Part shown: positions 36,701 through 46,335 of the stretch, in pieces
Layout of the letters: each line of letters opens with the position of its first letter
Numbering within the stretch: the stretch's first letter is position 1
Assembly: GCA_946186925.1 (NCBI GenBank)
Contig: CAMHPA010000011.1
Location: forward strand, 5,130 to 69,129
Origin: an uncultured Bacteroidota bacterium
Lineage (GTDB): Bacteria; Bacteroidota; Bacteroidia; Bacteroidales; SZUA-534
Direction of reading: 5' to 3'
DNA: 64,000 bases
Made by a program: the position numbers and the translations under genes
Notes under the pieces: model-generated
Told to the model about the DNA's origin: nothing
What the model saw: the letters and a program-made list of their open reading frames with translations, nothing else
Database searches by the model: none

Positions 36701-37209
36701 TTGTGGCTGAAGCCAACGCCAAACTGAAACTGATTGTTGACGAGGAGAGCGAGAAATTCATTGACGACAACTCGAAACAGGAAGTTGAAGTAACGATTGA
36801 TATGAGCGGCGGTAAAGACAACGAAAACAATTACTATAACGAAAACACAAACACAGACACAGACTCAAACTCAAACGAAAACCCAGACACAAACAATAGC
36901 GATAACAACGGCGAGAGCGTAGAGCCGCAGCAGACGGAAGCGCCAACAACCGAATCGGGCGCAACCTACGCGCCAGAGCCGCAAAACGGGCAGGATAGTG
37001 CACCGCAGGAGGAGGAAGCTGTGATTGAAGAACCGGCGTCAACCACCGAGGCTGAGCCTGAAGCCGCAGAGCCCGTCAGCGAACCGGCAGAAGAGCCAGC
37101 CGCTGAAGAACCCGCTGCCGAACCGACCGATGAATCGGCAGAACCTTCTGATTCAGAAGAAAATACCGAAGCACCGGCCGAAGAAAACACAATTCAAGAA
37201 CAAGAATAA
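33727..37209 (+). CDS. large secreted TPR-repeat protein with ~170-aa acidic low-complexity C-terminal tail
   Basis: Signal peptide MRRKLLAKCLAAVISLTALSASAQ (ATG at 33727). More than 20 TPR-like A/Y/F-periodic helical repeats. The tail from about nt 36800 is N/D/E/P/A-rich (NENTNTDTDSNSNENPDTNNSDNN...EPAAEEPAAEPTDESAEPSDSEE). Confidence 0.8.
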   Translation: MRRKLLAKCLAAVISLTALSASAQKSIIYNDEDYDYRVGVDLFSKQHYSQAQEFFERVVARYGNEFADIKADAEYYAALCALELFNNDAEYRIGKFISDYPESPRTRTAYFEMGRYQYRVNHYREAIEYFDKVWKQHLNRDQQAELYFKKGYSYFKLGQTEKAQKMFYELIDKNNKYSAPAIYFYAHLAYTNKNYETALNNFAKIENDPAFAPIVPYYRVQIYFLQGKDDKVLELGKELLDQGDAKRQAEMSRIVGEALYNKELYAEALPYLETYKSNASNYTREDIYQLGYAYFKTGEFEKTVSTMSNVTNLDDALTQNAYFHIAYANMKIEQKEQARMAFEAAAKYDFNARIQEQALLNYAKLSYELSYSPFNETVRAFNKYLEKYPKSIHRDEAYGYLVKAYLSSKNYQAALESLAKIENKTAEMQSAWQRVAYFRGLELFNNLKFDESVEAFNQAISLKAYDKEIRALASYWKAEALYRQERYHDAADAYNQLLTTPGAYTMPEYKTCYYNIGYCYFKTKEYTKSADWFRKYVEKPAEADTAKLADSYIRIGDCYFVTSKFNDAVMFYGMAADLDKFDAEYALFQKGFAMGLDKNLHGKILAMSDLLARYPKSKYAADALFERGRAYTILDSTQLAISDFRSLAKTYPNSSYVVKSMLQTGLLYYADGQNYLAIDNFKNVIEKYPGSSEADEALFALKNVYVDMNKVDDYFDYVQSKGNLGNIDQNERDSLTYASAEKVYMSGNWTEAAGLFDSYLDKFPAGRFSLNATYYRGDCNLKLHKNSEAKADFIAVAGKQKNTFTEAALLSSATLAENDKDYKQAYDLYKQLEDNAEVKSNLMIAREGQMKTAFADSNFNNALESARKLLITDKVSDEQVRTARHIMAVSYYQTNQLDPAITQFRILAQDMNSREGAEAQYMVARMLFEQNELQKSEDEINNLIGSGTPHIYWIAKSFFLLSDICMSRNDRFQAKANLQSVIDNYGDDSDGIVAEANAKLKLIVDEESEKFIDDNSKQEVEVTIDMSGGKDNENNYYNENTNTDTDSNSNENPDTNNSDNNGESVEPQQTEAPTTESGATYAPEPQNGQDSAPQEEEAVIEEPASTTEAEPEAAEPVSEPAEEPAAEEPAAEPTDESAEPSDSEENTEAPAEENTIQEQE

Positions 37210-37223
37210 ACCGACATACAGAT

Positions 37224-38924
37224 ATGATACGTTTGAAACGAAATATCCTGATTCTGACAATGTTAGGTTCGTGCACCGTAATGGCGCAGAACAACCTGAA
37301 TCAAGAAGTGAAGGTCATAAAATCGTATGAGCCAGTCATCAACGACGCATACAAAATCAGTTCGCTGCCGAAAATTGTTGATACAATCAAAGTTACGCCA
37401 ACTTTTGAGTACGATGATGGCGAGCTTGAAATGTATCCGACCAAATATCAGCCGAAGCAACTGAAGCCGGCCAAATTGGTGGCAGAGCCGCTGCCGAAAC
37501 TCTATTACGCTTACGTGAAGGGCGGTTTCGGGTCGTACGCGTCGCCAATGCTGAACATCTACACGGGCAGCCAACGTTCAGAGAAATGGATTTGGAACGC
37601 CAACGCCAACTATCTGTCGAGCAACGGCAAGGTGAAGAACGAAGCCGATGAGCACGTTTACGCCGGTCTGTCGCGTTTCGATGTGGGCGGGCAGGTGCGA
37701 CGCATCTTCAAGAAAGACCTTGCAGCCAGCATTGATGCCGGTTACGGCTATCGCGCCAATTATTATTATGGTTACGACACCAACCTGAAAATTGCCGACG
37801 ACTCGCTTCCGCTGAAGAAGAAAGACATTGAAAAACAATCGCTTAACTACTATTCGATTGGCGCGTCATTCGGCACCACCAATCTCGATTCATCGAAATT
37901 AGACTATCGCATCGCGCTGAACTACAGCGGAATAAAGACCAAAGACAGCAAGGGCGACAACATTCTGCACGTTGATGCCTTCTTGAGCTACATATTGGAC
38001 AAAGAGTTTATGGGCCTGAATGTGGTGATTGACAATTACAGCACCAAAGGCTTGAATATCAATGGTAAAGGCGACATCAGCGCGGCTGTGGTCAACTTCA
38101 ATCCGTGGATTGGCGCCTACGGCCGCAAATGGCGCGTGAAGGTGGGCGCGAGCACTTTCTACGACCAACGCAACTCGAAGTTTTGGTTCTTCCCCGACAT
38201 CAGTATGCAGTACAACATCATCGACTACTTCCTGCTGCCGTACATTGAGGTGAACGGCAACTACGATGTGCACAGCTATCGCGAGATGTACGGCGAGAAC
38301 CCGTTTGTGCGTTCCGACCTGAACATCAATCCAACCAAGACACGTTGGAACCTTGCAGCCGGATTCCGCGGCAATGTCAGCTCTAAGGTGGCGTTCAACA
38401 TCCGCGCCGAATACGCCAAAATCGACAATCAGTATCTGTTTGTAAACGATATAAATAGCGATTTGCACAAGAAATTTACGGTGGCCTACGACGAGATTAT
38501 GCGCACCCGCATTTTGGGCGAGATTTCGTACAAGATGAGCGACAAATTCAAGATGGGGCTGAAGGGCAACTATTTCGTTTACGATATGTCGCACGAGATA
38601 GAAGCTTGGCATCTGCCGACCTACACCGTCAGCCTTGACGCAAGCTACAACCTTGAGAATAAGATAATTGCGCGCGTCAATGTTTACGCCGTCAGCAAGC
38701 GCTATGCCCGCATCGACCACATCAACGACAAAGGCGAGAACCTGCCCGAATCAAAAGAGCTGAAGGGCGTGATTGACGCCAATCTTGGGCTCGAATACCG
38801 CATCACAAAGCGTTTCTCGTCGTTTCTCGACCTGAACAACATTGCCGGTCAGCGCTACTACGAGTGGAATCAGTACGCCAATCAGCGGTTCAATTTTATG
38901 TTGGGACTGACGTACACGTTTTGA
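37224..38924 (+). CDS. putative outer-membrane beta-barrel protein
   Basis: Signal peptide MIRLKRNILILTMLGSCTVMAQ. Alternating beta-strand pattern throughout, aromatic-rich girdles, and a C-terminal ...FMLGLTYTF ending in Phe, the classic OMP C-terminal signature. It starts 14 nt after the TPR gene. Confidence 0.65.
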   Translation: MIRLKRNILILTMLGSCTVMAQNNLNQEVKVIKSYEPVINDAYKISSLPKIVDTIKVTPTFEYDDGELEMYPTKYQPKQLKPAKLVAEPLPKLYYAYVKGGFGSYASPMLNIYTGSQRSEKWIWNANANYLSSNGKVKNEADEHVYAGLSRFDVGGQVRRIFKKDLAASIDAGYGYRANYYYGYDTNLKIADDSLPLKKKDIEKQSLNYYSIGASFGTTNLDSSKLDYRIALNYSGIKTKDSKGDNILHVDAFLSYILDKEFMGLNVVIDNYSTKGLNINGKGDISAAVVNFNPWIGAYGRKWRVKVGASTFYDQRNSKFWFFPDISMQYNIIDYFLLPYIEVNGNYDVHSYREMYGENPFVRSDLNINPTKTRWNLAAGFRGNVSSKVAFNIRAEYAKIDNQYLFVNDINSDLHKKFTVAYDEIMRTRILGEISYKMSDKFKMGLKGNYFVYDMSHEIEAWHLPTYTVSLDASYNLENKIIARVNVYAVSKRYARIDHINDKGENLPESKELKGVIDANLGLEYRITKRFSSFLDLNNIAGQRYYEWNQYANQRFNFMLGLTYTF

Positions 38925-38980
38925 TTGAAGGATTGAATGCGTGAAGGATTGAATGTGTGAAGTCCCGATAGCTATCGGGA
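38923..38980. repeat. GATTGAAG-type 8-bp stutter repeat x5 (overlapping the OMP stop codon), followed by a perfect 18-bp palindrome
   Basis: The repeat reads gattgaag gattgaat gcgtgaag gattgaat gtgtgaag (38923-38962). The palindrome is tcccgatagctatcggga (38963-38980). Confidence 0.85.
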
Positions 38981-39159
38981 TGAATAACAGATTGTCAATT
39001 ATGAAATTACGACTATTTAAAAAGAAAACCATTCCGACGGCCATTCAGCCGGAAACCGCTGTCGAAGAGCAGCACAGGCGCAAACTTGCCGAAGTGGGCA
39101 TCTTCTCGTCAGCCGACCGCCTTGCCAAAATGGCCAAAATGCTGAGGAATAGAGAGAAT

Positions 39160-39278
39160 TAGGGGATAGGCATTAGGTGTTGGGTGTTAGGTTTTGGTTT
39201 ATGGGTTTTGGTAATAACTCGTTAACCTATTAAACATTAAACGATTCACCAATTCACCGATTTACCAATTCACCGATT
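39160..39278. repeat. chain of stutter repeats: eight T[AG]GG-core heptamers, three TTAAAC-type units, four TTCACC-type octamers
   Basis: 39160-39215: tagggga taggcat taggtgt tgggtgt taggttt tggttta tgggttt tggtaat. 39222-39244: ttaaccta ttaaaca ttaaacga. 39245-39278: ttcaccaa ttcaccga tttaccaa ttcaccga tt. Confidence 0.85.
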
Positions 39279-39340
39279 ATCCCTTAAAAATTGTCAATTT
39301 CGTGTTAACAAATAGCGGAAAATGCTCTTGCCGCAGGCTT

Positions 39341-39368
39341 TTGCGCACCCCCGTTTTTGGTATATTTG
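39341..39368 (+). promoter_or_regulatory. candidate Bacteroidota sigma-A-type promoter for gyrB
   Basis: TTG at 39341-39343 and TATATTTG (matches TAnnTTTG) at 39361-39368, about 60 nt upstream of the gyrB ATG. Confidence 0.35.
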
Positions 39369-39425
39369 TTTGTTTTGGCGAAGGTGTAATTTTGCCAATT
39401 AATTAATTGAAACACAAAATTTTAA

Positions 39426-41399
<1,974 letters not shown>

Positions 41400-41424
41400 A
41401 CGGCTTTGTTTACTTGATATGAAT

Positions 41425-41459
41425 ATGTCCCGTGGCACTTGCTGCGGGACATTTTTTTT
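41425..41459 (+). terminator. rho-independent terminator after gyrB
   Basis: Stem atgtcccg / cgggacat with a 12-nt loop, followed by TTTTTTTT. Confidence 0.75.
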
Positions 41460-41676
41460 GGCTCAAATCACAATTCCGCCTGCGGATTAAAAAAACGGTT
41501 TGCGCCGAAAATTTGTGCAAATCAATATGATTAAGCAATCGGGATTGAAATAAAACAAGCGCTCATCAAAAAAACACAAATTATCGGGTAGGGTAAAGGC
41601 TTCGAAAATTGTCTTACATTTGGAATACGAAACAATCGCTTACCAATATTTAATGTAAAACTAAACTTAGACGATT

Positions 41677-42255
41677 ATGAAAAAGTTTTTAATGACAATT
41701 GCCGCAGCAGCAATGTGTATGACGGTTGCGGCTCAGGAATCAGGTTTCTCGGCAGCGCCGGCCGATGGCTATCGCGGTTTTGCCGGACTGAATGTTTTCA
41801 CCGGCCTTGGCGACCAGCCGTTCGACCGCTTTGCAGTAACTACTGTCCACGGTTTCCAGGCCGACCAGCTTTTTATCGGTATCGGTGCGTCGATGCAGTT
41901 TGTAACCAACACTAACAGCGAAAGTGGCTACTACGATGAAAACGGCGATTATCACTACTATAGCTACGACGAAGAATTGGATTTTGTGATGCCGTTCTTC
42001 ATCAACGCCAACTATGAGTTCCCATCGGGCCGCATAGCACCTTTTGCCGACCTGAAACTTGGCTATGCCGTGGGTGACGCCTGTGGTCTTTATGTGCTTC
42101 CGTCGGTGGGTGTCCGCCTGTCGCACATTAGCCTTTGGTGCGGCTACAACCTGATGCAGGACAAGAAGATAACCGGTCGTGACAATAAGAAAACGTTGAC
42201 AAATTACAATTCAATAGCATTTGGTGTCACACTCGATTGGGGCAGACGAAAATAG
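41677..42255 (+). CDS. small outer-membrane beta-barrel (porin-family-like) protein
   Basis: Signal peptide MKKFLMTIAAAAMCMTVAAQ. About 8 amphipathic beta-strand segments. A TACATTTG box at 41615-41622 may be its -7 element. Confidence 0.5.
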   Translation: MKKFLMTIAAAAMCMTVAAQESGFSAAPADGYRGFAGLNVFTGLGDQPFDRFAVTTVHGFQADQLFIGIGASMQFVTNTNSESGYYDENGDYHYYSYDEELDFVMPFFINANYEFPSGRIAPFADLKLGYAVGDACGLYVLPSVGVRLSHISLWCGYNLMQDKKITGRDNKKTLTNYNSIAFGVTLDWGRRK

Positions 42256-42274
42256 CGCTGTTGTATCATACCTA

Positions 42275-42320
42275 AAAAGAGCCGCAATCAAGCTCCAGGC
42301 TTCGATTGCGGCTTTTTTTG
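42275..42320. terminator. bidirectional terminator between convergent genes
   Basis: Stem gccgcaatc / gattgcggc (42281-42289 and 42304-42312), flanked by aaaaaga upstream and ttttttt downstream. Confidence 0.7.
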
Positions 42321-42346
42321 TGAGTCAGAAGTTACTAGTTGACCGT

Positions 42347-43243
42347 TCAGTTCACCATCATGTTTCTGATGTCGTTAGTAACTTGGCGGATATTCTTTAT
42401 TTGCTCGATTTCAAATTTCAGATTGCCGTTGTCTCGGATAATGATTCGCTTGTTGGCGGTATCAATGGTCATACACCCTTGCGGAACGCGGATTACAAAC
42501 TCGTCGAAAGCTTTGCGCAGCTTGCGTAGCATCACCAGATAGCTGGCCACGTCAATGTCGTTCTGCTGGCTTTGCAGTAAGTTGATGATTATAGCCAGTG
42601 AGAATTTTTGCGTCGCGATACGGCTTACCATCTTGGCATCAGGCTGGCTGTACATGTTAACGGCTATATATAGCGTTTCAATCCATCCGCCGAGAAGAAC
42701 CAAAGCCGCACTGTTGCCGCGCCCACAATCGTTCAAATATCCAGTAAGATCCTTGTATGCTGAGCGCGCTATTGATTTCAGCGAGTCGATGTTGTTGGAG
42801 TTTGATTCACCTTTTTCGGCAATGAGCGATATGTAGTTCGATGGAATGCCCATTTGATCGGCTAGTTTCTGTATTGTGGAAACATACGAAGCTGCCTGCT
42901 GGTTCTGCTCAAACACCCATAGGTAATTGAGGTCGGCGCCGTACACACCGATGTTCAATGCCTTGGCTGTGCTTTGTGTATATTTCGACGAATTGTTGAG
43001 TGAGTTAACCAGACTCGATTTGTAAAACGACGAATACTCGTTTATCAGGTTCGACATATCGGTCGGTGTGAAGATGTTATAGAAGATAACATCCTCATCT
43101 TTAAGGTTTTTGGGTAACGGCTTCTCATTCTCAAAGATATCATTGTCAGCCAATTTTGAATTATTGGTGTTATGACAGCCCGAAAGTGCTAATGTCGCAC
43201 ACATTGCTGTGCAGTAGAAAAACATTATCCCATTCTTTTTCAT
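42347..43243 (-). CDS. hypothetical lipoprotein
   Basis: Lipobox ATLALSGC near the N-terminus. No recognisable catalytic motif. AT-rich gene. Confidence 0.55.
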   Translation of the reverse strand: MKKNGIMFFYCTAMCATLALSGCHNTNNSKLADNDIFENEKPLPKNLKDEDVIFYNIFTPTDMSNLINEYSSFYKSSLVNSLNNSSKYTQSTAKALNIGVYGADLNYLWVFEQNQQAASYVSTIQKLADQMGIPSNYISLIAEKGESNSNNIDSLKSIARSAYKDLTGYLNDCGRGNSAALVLLGGWIETLYIAVNMYSQPDAKMVSRIATQKFSLAIIINLLQSQQNDIDVASYLVMLRKLRKAFDEFVIRVPQGCMTIDTANKRIIIRDNGNLKFEIEQIKNIRQVTNDIRNMMVN

Positions 43244-43405
43244 ACAATTCCCCCTTTTGAGTAAAATCTTGTAAATTTAGAAAATTTCAATAATAAAACT
43301 CAAATTCTCAAAAGTTTTTGTTGTTGATAAATGTGCGCAGAAACAAGTGTTTTTATTTTCAAAAAACAGGTGCTTGCCGTATGTTTGGAATCAGATTTTA
43401 CTAAC

Positions 43406-44305
43406 ATGGCTACAAAACTCAAAAACTGGATAGACGCCGCGCGCTTGCGCACATTGCCACTTTCGGTGTCGGGAATAATTGTTGGTTGCGGCATGGCTTT
43501 CGCCGAAGGTGTATTCAACTGGCCGCTGCTTGCACTGCTTTTTGCAACAACGGTGCTTTTGCAGATATTAGGCAATTTCGCCAATGATTTGGGCGATTTC
43601 CAGCATGGAACAGACAACGCCGAACGCGTTGGGCCGCAGCGTACACTGCAAGGCGGCGGGCTCACCGTTAAAGCTATGAAGCGCGGAATTGTGACTGCCG
43701 CCGCGCTATCGTTCGCTGTCGGACTGCTGATGCTCTGGGTGTCGTTCGGTTTTGGTGTGGGCTTCTGGGTGTTTGTGGGCATCGGCATCGCCGCCATTGT
43801 TGCCGCAATGCGATACACAATGGGCCGCAATCCGTTTGGCTATCGCGGTTTGGGCGATCTGATGGTATTGGTTTTCTTTGGATTTGCCACCGTTGCCGGC
43901 TCGTACTTTATTGTTTGTCATCAAATTACCTTAGAGGCCGTGCTGATTAGCATAGCTATTGGCTTTATGAGCGTTGGTGTTCTGAATGTCAATAATTTAC
44001 GCGATTCATCCGGCGACCGTCAATCGGGCAAAATGACCATTGTCGTCAAGTTTGGCACACGCTTCGGGCAGGTTTACCACCTTGTCTTGTGTCTTTCGGC
44101 GATATTGCTGATTGTTGTCAGTCTGCTTGCTTGGCATTGCACCACAGATCTGCTTTGGGTGTTGGTTCCGTCGGCGTTATTGCTGGTTCACGGCATTAGA
44201 GTTTTCCGGGCCGCCGATGTCAAAACTCTCGACCCCGAGCTGAAAAAACTATCGCTCACAACGCTGCTGATGTCGGTTCTTTATGCTGCGGCAGTGTTGG
44301 TTTAG
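43406..44305 (+). CDS. menA: 1,4-dihydroxy-2-naphthoate polyprenyltransferase
   Basis: UbiA-family membrane protein. WIDAARLRTLPLSVSGIIVG, the NDLGDFQHGTD Asp-rich motif, and a second motif NNLRDSSGDRQSGKMT. ATG at 43406. Confidence 0.85.
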   Translation: MATKLKNWIDAARLRTLPLSVSGIIVGCGMAFAEGVFNWPLLALLFATTVLLQILGNFANDLGDFQHGTDNAERVGPQRTLQGGGLTVKAMKRGIVTAAALSFAVGLLMLWVSFGFGVGFWVFVGIGIAAIVAAMRYTMGRNPFGYRGLGDLMVLVFFGFATVAGSYFIVCHQITLEAVLISIAIGFMSVGVLNVNNLRDSSGDRQSGKMTIVVKFGTRFGQVYHLVLCLSAILLIVVSLLAWHCTTDLLWVLVPSALLLVHGIRVFRAADVKTLDPELKKLSLTTLLMSVLYAAAVLV

Positions 44306-44432
44306 ACTGCCGATTGCCATGTGAAGGTGATGGTGAAAATGTCGAAAATCTTAATAATCAGTTATTTATTGTTGGCAAATTAAGCGAGGATGTGGCAGTG
44401 AAAAACTCGAAAAAACAAAAATCAGAAAATGT

Positions 44433-44460
44433 TTGCCACTTGATATTTTTTATACATTTG
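44433..44460 (+). promoter_or_regulatory. candidate promoter of tRNA-Pro
   Basis: TTTG at 44432-44435 and TACATTTG (TAnnTTTG) at 44453-44460, 15 nt upstream of the mature tRNA 5' end. The 17-nt spacer is slightly short. Confidence 0.4.
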
Positions 44461-44475
44461 CACCGCCAAAAGGAA

Positions 44476-44548
44476 CGGAGTTTAGCGCAGTTGGTAGCGC
44501 GCTACGTTCGGGACGTAGAGGTCGCTGGTTCGAATCCAGTAACTCCGA
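44476..44548 (+). tRNA. tRNA-Pro (anticodon CGG)
   Basis: Hand-folded cloverleaf. Acceptor CGGAGTT/AACTCCG, D-arm GCGC-AGTTGGTA-GCGC, anticodon arm CTACG-TTCGGGA-CGTAG (C34 G35 G36, G37), variable AGGTC, T-arm GCTGG-TTCGAAT-CCAGT, discriminator A. Length 73 nt, no encoded CCA. Confidence 0.95.
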
Positions 44549-44550
44549 CA

Positions 44551-44579
44551 AGCTCAACTGAAAAGTTGGGCTTTTTTTG
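44551..44579 (+). terminator. terminator after tRNA-Pro
   Basis: Stem agctcaact / agttgggct (one G-U pair) with a GAAA loop, followed by TTTTTTT. Confidence 0.6.
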
Positions 44580-44672
44580 TTTTATGCCAGGAACTTGCGC
44601 CTTTGTTTGTGACTTGTGATTACTATCTCAAATTGACATCGTCCAACACCCAACACCAATCAATTCAGCACT

Positions 44673-45449
44673 TTAAATCAACCCGTGAATCAGCTTGTAA
44701 GCAATCGAGCCAGGCTGCGGGCTTGCGGGGCAGTTGTCGCGGCTGAACCAGTCGGCGTCGGCAATCTCGTCTTTCTGCAGGCGGATTTCGCCGCTCTCGT
44801 AATCGGCTGTGTATCCGAGCATTAGTTGGTCGGGGAAGGGCCAGCTCTGACTGCCGCGGTAGCGGATGTTCTTCACGCGGATGCCGATTTCTTCCTGCAG
44901 CTCGCGCTCAACGGCGTGCTCGGGCGTCTCACCGCCTTCAATGAATCCCGCAATGCAGGCGTAGATGTCCTGATTGCGCTGAACGTGGCGGGCAAGCAGA
45001 ATCTTGTCATCGCGGCTCACAAGCACAATCACGCACGGCTCGATGCGCGGAAAATGAATCTTGCCGCACTGCGGACACTCGCGCGCTGTAAACTGCTTGC
45101 TCTCAATGAGTTTTGCACCACACGTGCAGCAAAAATTCGTGCTCTGCCGCCAGTTGGCCACCGCCTTTGCCCGCGATGTGCGGAAAACAGTCGGTTCGTC
45201 GCTCTCGTTGAAGAACTGACGGATGGTTTTGGTGACGAAACGGTCGGGCAGTGGCTCGGCTGTTTCGAAGTTAAGAACGCAAATACCAAATTCTTGTTCT
45301 TCAAACAAATCGGCATTGCTATCTAAAGTTTTTATTTCAGTCAGGTCGGCCAGCGTAAGGGCGCTGCCGTCGGCTTTCAGCACAATGTTGCGCCCCGTTA
45401 GCGCAAAGCATTGGCAATTAGTTGTTTGCGGATTCGCTATTATTGGCAT
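44673..45449 (-). CDS. nudC: NAD+ diphosphatase / NADH pyrophosphatase NudC (zinc ribbon + Nudix)
   Basis: Zinc ribbon CCTCGAKLIESKQFTARECPQCG. Nudix box GFIEGGETPEHAVERELQEEIG. The downstream SQSWPFP motif is typical of NudC. ATG at 45449. Confidence 0.85.
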   Translation of the reverse strand: MPIIANPQTTNCQCFALTGRNIVLKADGSALTLADLTEIKTLDSNADLFEEQEFGICVLNFETAEPLPDRFVTKTIRQFFNESDEPTVFRTSRAKAVANWRQSTNFCCTCGAKLIESKQFTARECPQCGKIHFPRIEPCVIVLVSRDDKILLARHVQRNQDIYACIAGFIEGGETPEHAVERELQEEIGIRVKNIRYRGSQSWPFPDQLMLGYTADYESGEIRLQKDEIADADWFSRDNCPASPQPGSIAYKLIHGLI

Positions 45450-45583
45450 AGTCTGATTGTTTTCGCTTTTAAATGATATGGCAAAGTTGGGGAAAATTCG
45501 GCTCAAAACATAGGCAAGTAGGTTGTAAATTTAACAGAGAAACTATATTTCAACGCATAATTGTATTTTGTATGAGAAGAATA

Positions 45584-45784
45584 ATTGTCTGAAAGACAAT
45601 ATTTTCATAACCGCGGGTAAGCGAAGCGTAACCCGTGGTATCGTACACTCAAGTTCTGCAGACTGAAAGACTGAACCTTTGTATTGTTCACTCTTTCAGA
45701 GTGTTTCTTTTTTTTGCTTTGGCAACCGGCGGCTGCGCTACGCTTGCGGCCGGTTATGCAAATTCAGTCCTTCGGACTGTTTTG
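45584..45784 (+). ncRNA. hairpin-dense intergenic module; candidate small structured RNA or repeat element (function unknown)
   Basis: Five hairpins lie within 200 nt. H1 attgtct-gaa-agacaat (45584-45600). H2 accgcgggt-12 nt-acccgtggt (45610-45639). H3 cactct-ttc-agagtg followed by tttcttttttttg (45689-45716). H4 aaccggc-18 nt-gccggtt (45724-45755). H5 cagtcc-TTCG-ggactg followed by tttt (45765-45784). H3 and H5 look like + strand intrinsic terminators, yet they sit inside a divergent promoter region. Confidence 0.3.
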
Positions 45785-45914
45785 TGTAAAAACGTATTCT
45801 TGCGAAAAATCTTCACTTTTTTCAAAAATTTTTCAAACCTCTGCTTCAATCTCGCATAGGTTGCGGTTTCATTTGCGACAAATTTTATTGTTTAACTTTT
45901 AAAAAGCATTGATT

Positions 45915-46268
45915 ATGAAAGCAAGAAAGATGTTTTTTATGGATTGCCACTTGGCAGGACGTATGTATCACGATGCCGACGAGGTTTGGGACGAACTGAA
46001 GGTTGGCACGCAGTTGCAACTAGTGCTTGACACCGAAAACCGCTACGACCCCAAAGCCGTGGCCGTTTTGTACAACAAACAAGGCGAAGAAGAACCGTAT
46101 TTACTCGGCTACATTCCGCGTGGGCGGAACTCAGAAATCGCTTGTTTCTTAGAGTCTGGCTGGACAAATGTTTTCAGTTGCCGTATTCGCCGCATTACAC
46201 CCGATGCACACCCTGAAAATCAAGTGCAGCTCACAATCAGTGTCAACCGCAACCCCGAAGCCCAATAA
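45915..46268 (+). CDS. stand-alone HIRAN-domain protein
   Basis: KMFFMDCHLAGRMYHDADEVWDELKVGTQLQLVLDTENRYDPKAVAVLYN...LLGYIPRGRNSEIACFLESGW...SCRIRRI follows the HIRAN pattern (aromatic pair, G-x-L-x-L-x-x-E-x-x-N-x-Y-D-x-x-A-V, then GY(I/L)PR). ATG at 45915. Confidence 0.75.
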   Translation: MKARKMFFMDCHLAGRMYHDADEVWDELKVGTQLQLVLDTENRYDPKAVAVLYNKQGEEEPYLLGYIPRGRNSEIACFLESGWTNVFSCRIRRITPDAHPENQVQLTISVNRNPEAQ

Positions 46269-46295
46269 GGGCTGAAAGGTTTGAGTGCCGAACTT

Positions 46296-46326
46296 GCAGA
46301 CGGGCGTTGAGCCCGTTTGCTTTTTT
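46296..46326 (+). terminator. strong rho-independent terminator between the HIRAN gene and the mcrB-like gene
   Basis: 10-bp stem gcagacgggc / gcccgtttgc (includes a G-U pair) with loop gttga, followed by TTTTTT (46321-46326). Confidence 0.7.
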
Positions 46327-46335
46327 GGGGGTGAG

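Noticed and set aside
37899-38720. 273-aa minus-strand ORF inside the beta-barrel gene
   Set aside because: It is an antisense shadow with no start context or motif.
38953-39162. 69-aa ORF after the beta-barrel gene
   Set aside because: Its first 10 codons are the 18-bp palindrome and it ends in the stutter array. A shorter MKLRLFKKK... peptide cannot be excluded, but nothing supports it.
43300-43830. 176-aa minus-strand ORF overlapping menA
   Set aside because: It is antisense to a UbiA-family gene with both Asp-rich motifs.
44314-44619. 101-aa + strand ORF spanning the tRNA-Pro gene
   Set aside because: It reads straight through a perfectly folding tRNA and its terminator, so it is spurious.
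45635-45902. ORFs 45635-45859 and 45684-45902 in the nudC/HIRAN spacer
   Set aside because: Their sequence is dictated by the hairpins (palindrome-derived peptide strings). They have no start context. They are better explained as structured non-coding DNA.
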